From NCBI GenBank assembly GCA_965662845.1, contig CBFIJD010000040.1:1-25627 (forward strand): a DNA stretch of 25,627 nucleotides, given 5' to 3'. The stretch comes from an uncultured bacterium. Its GTDB lineage: Bacteria; SAR324; NAC60-12. The position numbers and the translations under genes are program-made. This document shows positions 7,959 to 16,548 of the stretch, piece by piece (the first letter of the stretch is position 1; each line of letters starts with the position of its first letter). The notes below the pieces were generated by a model. It searched no databases and was not told where the DNA came from. It saw only the letters and a program-made list of their open reading frames with translations.

Positions 7959-8399
7959 TCAACTTGGCCAGACAATCAGCCAAGCGATTAAAAAAGCGGA
8001 CGAGACGCACACTGGGGGCAAATGTCCCAGAAACACCTCTAGGCTGGCATCACTCAGATCTCGGTGTAACACCGCTCCGTTCAGAGACTCTTCCAGCTCG
8101 GTCCGCTCGCGTCGCAGTTTGCGTGTGAGGGAGATGGAACCGAGCACGGCAGCCAAGACGACCGATCCCAAGGCTGAGCCAATCCAAGGCACCAGCGACA
8201 CGACTTGCGACAACAGCGGGCTCCCTTCTCCTTGAGCGAAATTCGCCAGCGCGATGATGTAGGTGGAGAAGAGAAAGGACTCGGAGATTGCTAGGTAAGT
8301 CATGCGCTGCGCGGTTAGCTCGTATTCAAAGCGAATGTGCGCGTCAAGACGAGCGAGGCGTTCGCGTTGAGACGCTTCTGAGAGCGGAGCCTTCGACAT
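7959..8399 (-). CDS. Small membrane protein with about 3 predicted TM helices (146 aa)
   Basis: Hydrophobic segments YLAISESFLFSTYIIALANF, VVSLVPWIGSALGSVVLAAVLGSISL and LPPVCVSSAFLIAWLIVW; fits tightly between recombinase and addA (26 and 24 bp gaps). Confidence 0.75.
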   Translation of the reverse strand: MSKAPLSEASQRERLARLDAHIRFEYELTAQRMTYLAISESFLFSTYIIALANFAQGEGSPLLSQVVSLVPWIGSALGSVVLAAVLGSISLTRKLRRERTELEESLNGAVLHRDLSDASLEVFLGHLPPVCVSSAFLIAWLIVWPS

Positions 8400-8425
8400 G
8401 TTCAGAAGTTGTATTGTAGAGGCGG

Positions 8426-9382
8426 CTACAAAGCAGGCAGGGTGTCCGTTGGATTCTTTTCCAACAGTTGGTGGTCGTGAAAATAGCGCACGGTTGTATT
8501 CGCCGACGCGTGGCGGGCATACGCTTGGACTTTCTGCAGCGGTTCGCCGAGTTCTAGCGCGAGAGTGATCGCGGTGTGTCGCAGGTAGTGCGTGGAGATT
8601 TCAATACCGATCTCTTTGCCCAAGCGCTTGACCACTTCATTGATGCCTTTGCCGGTCATCTGTTGGCCCATCGTGCGATGTCCTAGTGAAGGAAAAACCC
8701 ACGGAGCTGTGATCTCCCACTCCTGCGCAACCGCCCGCCACGTCTGCAAATCTTGATACAGCTCCTCCCGAATTTTCAGCTTTTGCACGACGCCACTCTT
8801 GGTGTGCTCTAACACGGCGACCCAAAAGCGTCCGTCTTGGCGGATGTGTTCCCAGCGCAGCCCAGCGACTTCACTCCGACGCGCTGCCGTAAAATACAGA
8901 AACTTCAACAGCGCGCGGTTTCGACTACGCAGGGGAACGTCGATTCGTTCGTCATAAGCGACATGGTCATTGGCGGCGAGCATCTGCTGCAACTGGTTCA
9001 CCCGCAGAGCGCCCTTGTTGCTGAGTTGTGAGACGCGCTCGTTGCGGATCAGCGATGACTTGAAGGGGTTTTGCTGGAGATAGCCGCACTCCGTCAGCAC
9101 CTTGCAGACTTTCTTCAGCGCGCTCATCGACTGATTGATGCTCGCCGGCTTTTTGCCAGCTTGCTTGAGAAACTCTTTGTATTCCAGCATCTGCAAGCTA
9201 TCTAGCTGCTCAAGTTGTTGCGGAGTCTGGATGTTGGCCCAACGCTGAAAGTCGCGGAAAGCGCGGGCATAGGCGCGGCGGGTGTTGGGAGCGTAGTTGC
9301 CAAAGACTAGCTCAAGAGCGCGGTCTGCGGAGAGTTCGCGGGAGACGGTAGGTGTCGCGGCAAGCGTCGGGAGAGTGGTCAT
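8426..9382 (-). CDS. Tyrosine recombinase/integrase (Xer-sized, 318 aa)
   Basis: Full catalytic set: R (TAARRSEV), K (TKSG), HYLRH, H (RHAS), Y (TTVRY); N-terminal core-binding domain (PNTRRAY). Confidence 0.9.
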   Translation of the reverse strand: MTTLPTLAATPTVSRELSADRALELVFGNYAPNTRRAYARAFRDFQRWANIQTPQQLEQLDSLQMLEYKEFLKQAGKKPASINQSMSALKKVCKVLTECGYLQQNPFKSSLIRNERVSQLSNKGALRVNQLQQMLAANDHVAYDERIDVPLRSRNRALLKFLYFTAARRSEVAGLRWEHIRQDGRFWVAVLEHTKSGVVQKLKIREELYQDLQTWRAVAQEWEITAPWVFPSLGHRTMGQQMTGKGINEVVKRLGKEIGIEISTHYLRHTAITLALELGEPLQKVQAYARHASANTTVRYFHDHQLLEKNPTDTLPAL

Positions 9383-11562
9383 ATTGCGCGCACGGCTTCG
9401 CGGCGACGGTACGTTTCAAACAAGTGCCAGCGGACGATGGGGATGTCGCGCAACAGCTCTGCAGGAATCCAGAGCATGGCGCCCTCGGAGGAGACCTCCA
9501 ACGACTCGGGGCGGCTGTGCTGCAAGACGAACTCTTCCCCGCACACGTCCCCCGCAGAAATCTCGATCGCGCTCGCTGACAGTTGGACGGTTCCCGACTG
9601 TAACAAACCGAGGCGCTCGGCGGGAATGGCCAAGGACTCCCCAGCAGACAGCGCCTGTGACTGCGCCTCACGCAAGATGTCATACAGCTTGAGATCGTCG
9701 ATCAGCTCACAAAACAAGGCCGTATTCCGCAGCGCGTCTTGTTGGGGTAGCAGCTGGCGGCGGTCTTCTAATGCTTCCGCGTTTTGTAACAAAGCTCGGT
9801 ATGCCTTGACGTCAATCGGCAGCACCTGCACAGGGCTGTGCGCGACGATGTCCTGCGCGATGGGTTCTTCGCACAGAGCTGCGGTCTCGCCCAGCATTGT
9901 GCCCACAGGGAGTTGAATCGTGCGCTGATCGGTGACATATCGCACGCGGCCCGTCGCCAACAGCAGCAGCTCCTCGGGGCGTGACCCCGCAGCCTGTAGA
10001 GTCGCGCCGGAGGGAATGGAGCGCAGCTCTGCGCCCATCAGCAGCTCTTGCGTCGTCTGTGGATCTAGGGCAGGCAACCGCTGCAACAGCCAACGCACCA
10101 GGCGCTCGGTGATGCTCCGTTCGCCTCCTGCATATTGCAGATCACAGTTGCCAAAACTAGCTGTTGTTGCGCGCTGGAGTTGTTCTGCGCTGAAGGTGCC
10201 TGAGGTGTGCGCTAGGATCAGCTTTTCGGTCTCGTCGTCTTGAAAATCCACCACCTCACCGTGAATCAGCCCACCGCCGGCATCAATCTTCTTCACATTG
10301 CTGGGGCGCAAGTAGTTCGCTTTGACTTTCTCGTAAAACGCCTGCGAGACGGGGTGCTTATTCTGCTCGCCCCGCATTTTGTCTAAAATGCCGAAGGAGA
10401 TGATGTCTGCGAGATGCGCGAAGCTCTCCTGCGTCTCACCGTGCGTGTGGCGGAAGTAGAAGATGTTCGTCTCAACTGGGTGAGGAGAGAACGCCGGCAG
10501 GACCTCGACTCCTGGCGCAATCGAAGACCAGTCGTCAAAGGGGAGATCGTGAAATTCAAAGTAGCTCTCGGCTTCTTCTAATTCGCAATCCAGCAAGGCC
10601 GACAGCTTGCGGAAGGCCGAGCGGCGCACCAGCGGAGTCGCAAAGTATTTGAGCCGGTGCCCGGCGCGCATCAAGCTGGGGAGCCCAGCAAAGTGGTCAT
10701 CGTGGGAGTGCGTGTGAAAGATGCCGGCGACCTCGCTGAGGTCTACTCCCAGCACTTCTAGCGTGTAGTGGATATTCGGCCCCGCGTCGATGAGGTAGGG
10801 CGCCCCATGAATCATCAGTATGCTGCCCATGCACGGGCGCAGATGATCCCAGCCGTCGCCTTCCCCTGTGTGCCACACGCAGAAGCGGTCTCGAGGGAGC
10901 GCGATCTCTGGGAGGGTGTAGGGGGGTGGATAGCTCTCGTCGGCAGCTAAGCGCAAATCCAAGGCTTGCTCTTCGCCGTTGTAACTCACCAAATATTGGC
11001 TTTGGCCCGTTCGTCGAACCTTCACCCCGTTGCGGATGTCAAACCAGCCGTCGCCTTCCACCACACAAGTCGCGAGCAGCTCTTCGGGGCGCATGATCTT
11101 GCCAAACGCAAAGTGCATCTTCATGGCCATCATATCCAGCGCTTCATCAAGTTTGGCGCCGCACTCCATCAGCTCTTCTGCCGTCGTCAGCCCATAATTC
11201 CCTAAGTAAATGTATTGCAGCTGAGAGTGCACTTGTTGGCGAGAGCCGATGAGGATGGGACGGAGGCCGGTGTTGTTCGGGTGATTGGGAATGATCTGCC
11301 CCTGCTTGTAGAACATTTGCAACACAGGGAACTCTGCCATGTTGGCGAAGAGTCCGTTTTGCATCCATTCATCACTCAAGAGGATCGCGTTGGGGCCTGT
11401 CTCGAAGGTGGCGTTTCCTTGCGTGGTCAGCTTAATTTTTCCGCTATAGGTCAAGTGCTTGACGCTGTCAGCAGGGCAACCGCAAAGAATCCGGAGGTCG
11501 GCTTCAGGGATCTCTAACCAGTAGATCCCGGCTGCTATTTGTTCAACATTCATATTTGCCAA
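9379..11562 (-). CDS. Metallo-beta-lactamase-fold hydrolase fused to two cNMP-binding-like domains (727 aa)
   Basis: LIDAGP, HTHSHDDH, SPHPVE, HLADI, ILAH; two C-terminal CNB-like repeats (G-x-V...GTMLGE; G-x-V...GDVCGE). TTG start with GGAG SD; alternative ATG at 11553. Confidence 0.85.
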   Translation of the reverse strand: MANMNVEQIAAGIYWLEIPEADLRILCGCPADSVKHLTYSGKIKLTTQGNATFETGPNAILLSDEWMQNGLFANMAEFPVLQMFYKQGQIIPNHPNNTGLRPILIGSRQQVHSQLQYIYLGNYGLTTAEELMECGAKLDEALDMMAMKMHFAFGKIMRPEELLATCVVEGDGWFDIRNGVKVRRTGQSQYLVSYNGEEQALDLRLAADESYPPPYTLPEIALPRDRFCVWHTGEGDGWDHLRPCMGSILMIHGAPYLIDAGPNIHYTLEVLGVDLSEVAGIFHTHSHDDHFAGLPSLMRAGHRLKYFATPLVRRSAFRKLSALLDCELEEAESYFEFHDLPFDDWSSIAPGVEVLPAFSPHPVETNIFYFRHTHGETQESFAHLADIISFGILDKMRGEQNKHPVSQAFYEKVKANYLRPSNVKKIDAGGGLIHGEVVDFQDDETEKLILAHTSGTFSAEQLQRATTASFGNCDLQYAGGERSITERLVRWLLQRLPALDPQTTQELLMGAELRSIPSGATLQAAGSRPEELLLLATGRVRYVTDQRTIQLPVGTMLGETAALCEEPIAQDIVAHSPVQVLPIDVKAYRALLQNAEALEDRRQLLPQQDALRNTALFCELIDDLKLYDILREAQSQALSAGESLAIPAERLGLLQSGTVQLSASAIEISAGDVCGEEFVLQHSRPESLEVSSEGAMLWIPAELLRDIPIVRWHLFETYRRREAVRAI

Positions 11563-11647
11563 GAGATTCTCCGTGATTCTGCAAGAGGGATTTGTGCTGC
11601 GGGCTCAGAAAAACAATCAAAAAACAGACCAAGGAGCGGGAACGCGC

Positions 11648-12640
11648 TTATTGTCTAACAAAACGCAAGGCTAAATCAATTGCGGCCAAAAGGGAACCAG
11701 GGTCTGCGGTAAACGCTGGAGCCCGATCAAAAGCGGTCCCGTGGTCTACCGAAGTCCGAATCAAGGGCAGGTTCAGAGTCGTGTTCACTCCACGTTCAAA
11801 ACCTAATAATTTCAATGGGATGTGAGACTGATCATGATAGAGCGCCAACACGGCGTCGAATTCACCATTGCGGTGCCTCAGAAAGACCGTGTCAGGAGGA
11901 ATCGGCCCGGTCACTTGTAAACCCCGCTCTTGCATCTGTTGGAGCGCCGGCACCAAAATGCGCTGCTCTTCGTCTCCAAACATTCCATTTTCGCCCGCGT
12001 GTGGATTCAACCCCGGCAAAGCCAGACGGGGCGACCGAATCCCCATGCGTCGCAAGGCTTGATCTGCGACCAGGGCCACCTCTGTCACCCGCTCCGGAGT
12101 CAGCAGCTCAATCGCCTGACGCAGCGAGACATGCGTGCTGACGTGTATGGCTCGTAGCTCATCGACCACCAACATCATGATGGGAGGCGCGCCGTTGGTC
12201 AGCGCAGAGAGCAGCTCCGTGTGCCCTGGGAAATGATACCCAGCCATGTGCAACGCCGTTTTGCTCAAGGGCGCGGTCGTAATTGCATCAATTTTACCCT
12301 GTTGGCAAGCTTGCACCGCCGCTTCCACAAAGCGATATGCCGAGGCGCCGCCCCACGCGTTCACCTCCCCAAGGCACCAATCTCGCGCCGTTTCCGTTCC
12401 CAAATCCACCACGCACAGCCCCTCAGGGAGCGAGGCTTGAAGATCGGGTAGCACAGACCAAGACAGATGTAAACCCAAAGACCTCGTTACATCTGACAGC
12501 ACTTGAACGTCTCCAAACACGACGGGTTGCCAATCGGGGAAAGGGTTGCATTTTGTTAAAGCCTTGATCACAATTTCTGGGCCAATCCCATTGGGATCTC
12601 CCATGGTCACACCAAGTCTCGGTCGAGCACGTAACATCAT
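11648..12640 (-). CDS. pdxA: PdxA family dehydrogenase (4-hydroxythreonine-4-phosphate or D-threonate-4-phosphate dehydrogenase)
   Basis: TMGDPNGIGPE, TAPLSK, GHTE, STH, LNPHAGE, PDTVF, YHDQ, RTSVDHGTAFD. Confidence 0.9.
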   Translation of the reverse strand: MMLRARPRLGVTMGDPNGIGPEIVIKALTKCNPFPDWQPVVFGDVQVLSDVTRSLGLHLSWSVLPDLQASLPEGLCVVDLGTETARDWCLGEVNAWGGASAYRFVEAAVQACQQGKIDAITTAPLSKTALHMAGYHFPGHTELLSALTNGAPPIMMLVVDELRAIHVSTHVSLRQAIELLTPERVTEVALVADQALRRMGIRSPRLALPGLNPHAGENGMFGDEEQRILVPALQQMQERGLQVTGPIPPDTVFLRHRNGEFDAVLALYHDQSHIPLKLLGFERGVNTTLNLPLIRTSVDHGTAFDRAPAFTADPGSLLAAIDLALRFVRQ

Positions 12641-12649
12641 GGAATATTT

Positions 12650-13384
12650 ATGGATTTACAGAATCGCGTCGCGCTGGTCACAGGGGCGGGAGTTCGACTA
12701 GGACAAGCGATTGCCATTGCTTTGGCGCGCCAAGGCGTGAAAATCGCTGTACACTACCACCGATCACAAGACGGTGCAAAAAAAACGTTGTCACAATTAG
12801 GTCATGATGAAAAGCGACACATGCTATGGCAGGCGGATCTGCAACAAATCGGTAACTTGCCGCAAGCGATCTCTGACATTGAAGACCGCTTAGGCCCCAT
12901 TGATATCTTGGTGAATAACGCCGCAGATTTTTACCCCACGCCGGTGGGTGAGGTGACCGAAGAGCAGTGGGACCACCTGCACACCCTCAATCTCAAAGCG
13001 CCTTTCTTTTTGTCTCAGACGATTGGAAAGCGGATGGTAGAGCGGGGTCAGGGGAAAATCATCAACTTGGTGGATGTCTCGGCGGAGCGTCCGTGGCCTC
13101 TGTTCTTGCCCTACTGTGCCTCCAAAGCCGGGCTCGTCTCCCTCACGAAGGGATTCGCCAAGGCCCTCGCTCCCGCCGTTCAGGTCAATGGGATCGCGCC
13201 AGGCACCGTCCTCCCTCCCCCTGAAAGCTCTGCTTTTGACACCAACCTTTCGATAGAGCGCAGCCTCCTCAAGCGGATGGGGGCTCCTGAAGATATTGCG
13301 CAAGCCGTGCTTTATCTGGTGCAGGCCGATTTCGTGACCGGCACCATCTTGCCTGTAGACGGTGGCCGTTTGCTCGCTTCCTAA
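12650..13384 (+). CDS. SDR oxidoreductase, pteridine reductase/FolM-like
   Basis: TGAGVRLG (Arg typical of PTR1/FolM), VHYHRS, LVNNA, NLKAPFFL, catalytic YCASK, VNGIAPG, VDGG. Confidence 0.85.
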   Translation: MDLQNRVALVTGAGVRLGQAIAIALARQGVKIAVHYHRSQDGAKKTLSQLGHDEKRHMLWQADLQQIGNLPQAISDIEDRLGPIDILVNNAADFYPTPVGEVTEEQWDHLHTLNLKAPFFLSQTIGKRMVERGQGKIINLVDVSAERPWPLFLPYCASKAGLVSLTKGFAKALAPAVQVNGIAPGTVLPPPESSAFDTNLSIERSLLKRMGAPEDIAQAVLYLVQADFVTGTILPVDGGRLLAS

Positions 13385-13397
13385 GCGGGAAAAGAAC

Positions 13398-13425
13398 TTG
13401 CATCCACCACGATTTGCTTTATCTT
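13398..13425 (+). promoter_or_regulatory. Putative sigma-70 promoter for the 109-aa gene and possibly gyrA
   Basis: TTGCAT(13398-13403)-16 bp-TATCTT(13420-13425) in an AT-rich intergenic stretch. Confidence 0.4.
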
Positions 13426-13560
13426 TTTTCAATTTTTTTCTAGCCGATTCATTCGGTTTTTCTTCATTTTTTCCGTCGGAACACTGCGGCTCAGGCTCCC
13501 CCCAAGAGCCACCGACATCCCGCCTTACTTCAAATTCTCAGCAAACCAAGGAGGATTGCG

Positions 13561-13890
13561 ATGAAGATTGATGGCAAACGCCTCACTTTCCCCAGCGCCC
13601 TAAACGTCAAATATTCTGCCACTGTGATTGAAGAGAACGAACACGAAATCACGATTGAAGCAGAAGACGAAGAATCCTATCTGAAGATTTACACTCCCTT
13701 CCGAGGCGTCGCGAAGTTGTTCGTCTTTGAAAACGGACAGTGGATCGACGCAGAGACCTCGACGCCTTTTGCCGGGCTAGATCTCGCGTCCTTGGGACTC
13801 GGAGATCTCAACTTAGACGCGGCTTCCGAGGAAGAGAGCGCCCCCAGCGATTTGCCTACCGACGACAAGCCCAACATCATCATTCCCTGA
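13561..13890 (+). CDS. Hypothetical acidic protein (109 aa)
   Basis: Strong SD AAGGAGG at 13548-13554; beta-rich N-terminal part and acidic tail ending PNIIIP. Confidence 0.8.
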   Translation: MKIDGKRLTFPSALNVKYSATVIEENEHEITIEAEDEESYLKIYTPFRGVAKLFVFENGQWIDAETSTPFAGLDLASLGLGDLNLDAASEEESAPSDLPTDDKPNIIIP

Positions 13891-13977
13891 CCCCTGCTTG
13901 ACATTGCCCTTGGCGTGGCGCTCTCTCGCCCCATCAGGTTTACGACCGACCTCTTTGTGCCGGAACCCTCAACGTAG

Positions 13978-16470
13978 TTGCATGATATGACCGAACGCAT
14001 CGTCTTCACTGATATTGTCCACGAAATGCGCGATTCCTATATGGAATATGCGATGAGCGTCATCGTAGGACGCGCCTTGCCCGACGTCCGTGATGGGCTC
14101 AAACCTGTCCACCGGCGTGTGCTCTACGCGATGCAGGATCAGGGGAATCACTACAATAAACCGTACCGCAAATCGGCGCGCGTGGTCGGAGATGTGATTG
14201 GTAAGTATCACCCGCACGGCGACTCTGCCGTCTATGACACCATCGTGCGTCTGACGCAGCCCTTCTCTATGCGCTACCCTCTCATCGACGGACAAGGAAA
14301 CTTCGGCTCGGTCGATGGCGATGCCCCCGCCGCCATGCGTTACACGGAGGTGCGCATGCGCCTCATCGCCCATGAGCTGATGAGCGACCTCGACAAAGGC
14401 ACTGTCAACTTCATCCCGAACTACGACGAATCCCAAACCGAGCCCGTCGTTCTGCCCACGCGCATTCCCAACCTGCTGGTGAACGGCTCTACCGGCATCG
14501 CGGTTGGCATGGCTTGTAACATTCCGCCCCACAACCTGGGCGAAGTGATGGACGCGTTCCTTTATTACATCGACCACCGCTACGCTGCGACACTCCCTGA
14601 GTTGATGGAGTTTCTGCCCGGCCCAGATTTTCCGACAGGCGGCACGATCATGGGACGCAAAGGGATTTATGACGCCTACACGACCGGCAAAGGCATCGTC
14701 CGCATTCGCGCCAAGGCTCACTTTGAAGAGACCAAAGAAGGCCGCGACTCCATCATTGTCACCGAGTTGCCCTACATGGTGAACAAAGCCATGCTCCTAG
14801 AGCGCATCGCCGACATGGTGCGCGACAAACGGTTGGAGGGCATCACCGACCTCCGCGACGAGTCCGATCGCAAAGGAATGCGCATTTTCATTCAGGTCCG
14901 ACGAGGCGATGACCCCAACGTCGTGCTCTCCAACCTCTACAAGCACACGGCCCTGCAATCCTCCTTCGGCATCACGATGCTGGCGATTGTCGACCGCCAA
15001 CCCAAAGTGCTCTCCCTCGCGCAAACGCTAGAGTTCTTCCTGTCGCATCGCATTGAGGTCGTCACCCGCCGCACGCAGCATGAGCTAGAGCAAGCGCGCA
15101 AACGCATGCACCTGCTGGAAGGCCTGATGATCGCGCTTGCCAACTTAGACGCCGTGCTCGAAGACATCCGCCAAGCCTCCAACGGCGGCGCGGCGCAAGA
15201 GACGCTGATGCAAAAGTATGAACTCTCGCAAAAACAGGCCCAGGCCATCTTGGATATGCGCCTCCAGCGCTTGACTGGCATGGAACAGGACAAAATCCGC
15301 GCAGAACACGCAGACGTCAGCAAAGCCATCACCGACTACGAAGACATCTTATCCAAAGAATCCCGCGTCTTAGAGATCATCCGCGAAGAATCTCGCGACA
15401 TCCGCGACCGCTACCGTGATGAACGCCGCAGCGAGATCGTGGATGACGACTCCGATATTCTCATCGAAGACCTGATCACCGAAGAAGACATGGCCGTGAC
15501 GTTCTCCCACGCTGGATATGTCAAGCGCACCGCCATCACCGAGTATCGCGTACAGCGGCGTGGTGGGATGGGTGTTCAGGCTGCCACCACCAAAGATGGC
15601 GACTTTGTTGAGCAAATGTTTGTCGCTTCGACGCACGATCACCTCTTGTTCTTCACCAACACCGGCCGCATCTACAGCTCTCGGGTGTATGAGCTTCCAC
15701 AAGCGAGCCGCACCAGCCGCGGCAAAGCCGTCGTGAATGTGCTGGAACTTCAAGCAAACGAAACGGTGCGAATCTGCTTGGTCGTCCCCAAGAACTACGC
15801 TGAGATGGAAGATCTCAAGCACATCCTCATGTGCACCTCGAACGGAATCTGCAAGAAGATCGAAATGCTCAACCCCGCCAAAATCCGTCGCACAGGCATC
15901 CGCGCGATTACTCTGGACGAAGGCGACTCCTTGATTTCAGCAACGCTTACCGATGGACAGCGCGAGCTTTTCTTCGCGACCCACTTTGGCATCGGCTTGC
16001 GTGTGCACGAGTCCACCATTCGCTCAATGGGGCGAGACGCCCGCGGCGTCATCGGCATTCGGCTCGCCGACGGAGATCGAGTGGTGTCGGCGCTGACACA
16101 CACCGCCGGCAATCTCCTGACCGTGACCGAGCGTGGGTATGGCAAGCAGTCTGAAATTGACGCCTTCCCGCTGTCTCTCAATCGCGGGAACAAAGGCGTG
16201 CGCACCATGAAAGTCAGCGAAACCACAGGGAGAGTCGTCGCGATGCTCGAAATTGTGGAAGGACAGCAGCTGCTGCTGATCACGCAGACCGGGCGCATGA
16301 TCCGTATCCACACCAACCAAGTTCCCATTTACGGACGCGTCACCCAAGGCTCTCGCTTGATTCGGCTGAACGAAGGCGAGCAAGTCATCGCCGTCGCGCC
16401 CGTCACCGAAGAAGACGCCTCTGAAGAGGAAGACGCCGCAGCCACCGAGGAAACTACCGCTGAAGTGTGA
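13978..16470 (+). CDS. gyrA: DNA gyrase subunit A
   Basis: [27 protein letters not shown], catalytic AAMRYTE, GyrA-box QRRGGMG, pinwheel repeats and acidic tail. Start is TTG 13978 or ATG 13987. Confidence 0.97.
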   Translation: MHDMTERIVFTDIVHEMRDSYMEYAMSVIVGRALPDVRDGLKPVHRRVLYAMQDQGNHYNKPYRKSARVVGDVIGKYHPHGDSAVYDTIVRLTQPFSMRYPLIDGQGNFGSVDGDAPAAMRYTEVRMRLIAHELMSDLDKGTVNFIPNYDESQTEPVVLPTRIPNLLVNGSTGIAVGMACNIPPHNLGEVMDAFLYYIDHRYAATLPELMEFLPGPDFPTGGTIMGRKGIYDAYTTGKGIVRIRAKAHFEETKEGRDSIIVTELPYMVNKAMLLERIADMVRDKRLEGITDLRDESDRKGMRIFIQVRRGDDPNVVLSNLYKHTALQSSFGITMLAIVDRQPKVLSLAQTLEFFLSHRIEVVTRRTQHELEQARKRMHLLEGLMIALANLDAVLEDIRQASNGGAAQETLMQKYELSQKQAQAILDMRLQRLTGMEQDKIRAEHADVSKAITDYEDILSKESRVLEIIREESRDIRDRYRDERRSEIVDDDSDILIEDLITEEDMAVTFSHAGYVKRTAITEYRVQRRGGMGVQAATTKDGDFVEQMFVASTHDHLLFFTNTGRIYSSRVYELPQASRTSRGKAVVNVLELQANETVRICLVVPKNYAEMEDLKHILMCTSNGICKKIEMLNPAKIRRTGIRAITLDEGDSLISATLTDGQRELFFATHFGIGLRVHESTIRSMGRDARGVIGIRLADGDRVVSALTHTAGNLLTVTERGYGKQSEIDAFPLSLNRGNKGVRTMKVSETTGRVVAMLEIVEGQQLLLITQTGRMIRIHTNQVPIYGRVTQGSRLIRLNEGEQVIAVAPVTEEDASEEEDAAATEETTAEV

Positions 16471-16548
16471 CCCTCCCAAGAGGTGGCGCATTTTCTGCAT
16501 TTTGTGCCCACAAATTGTTTCCCTTGGTCACCTGCAACGGACATCCTC

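Noticed and set aside
7935..9382. Prophage, ICE or integron boundary around the recombinase
   Set aside because: No att repeats, tRNA, attC palindromes, dif-like site or mobility genes seen, and composition resembles the flanks.
13470..13525. 6S or SRP RNA
   Set aside because: Too short for the 6S rod and lacks the SRP conserved loop motif.
13898..13926. Perfect TTGACA upstream of gyrA
   Set aside because: No acceptable -10 hexamer at 16-18 bp spacing.
14200..14245. Quinolone-resistance substitution in GyrA
   Set aside because: [10 protein letters not shown] retains Ser83 and Asp87 (E. coli numbering), the susceptible type.
13969..14721. 250-aa minus-strand ORF and other antisense ORFs over gyrA, ABC-F and smc
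   Set aside because: Typical shadow ORFs opposite conserved genes.
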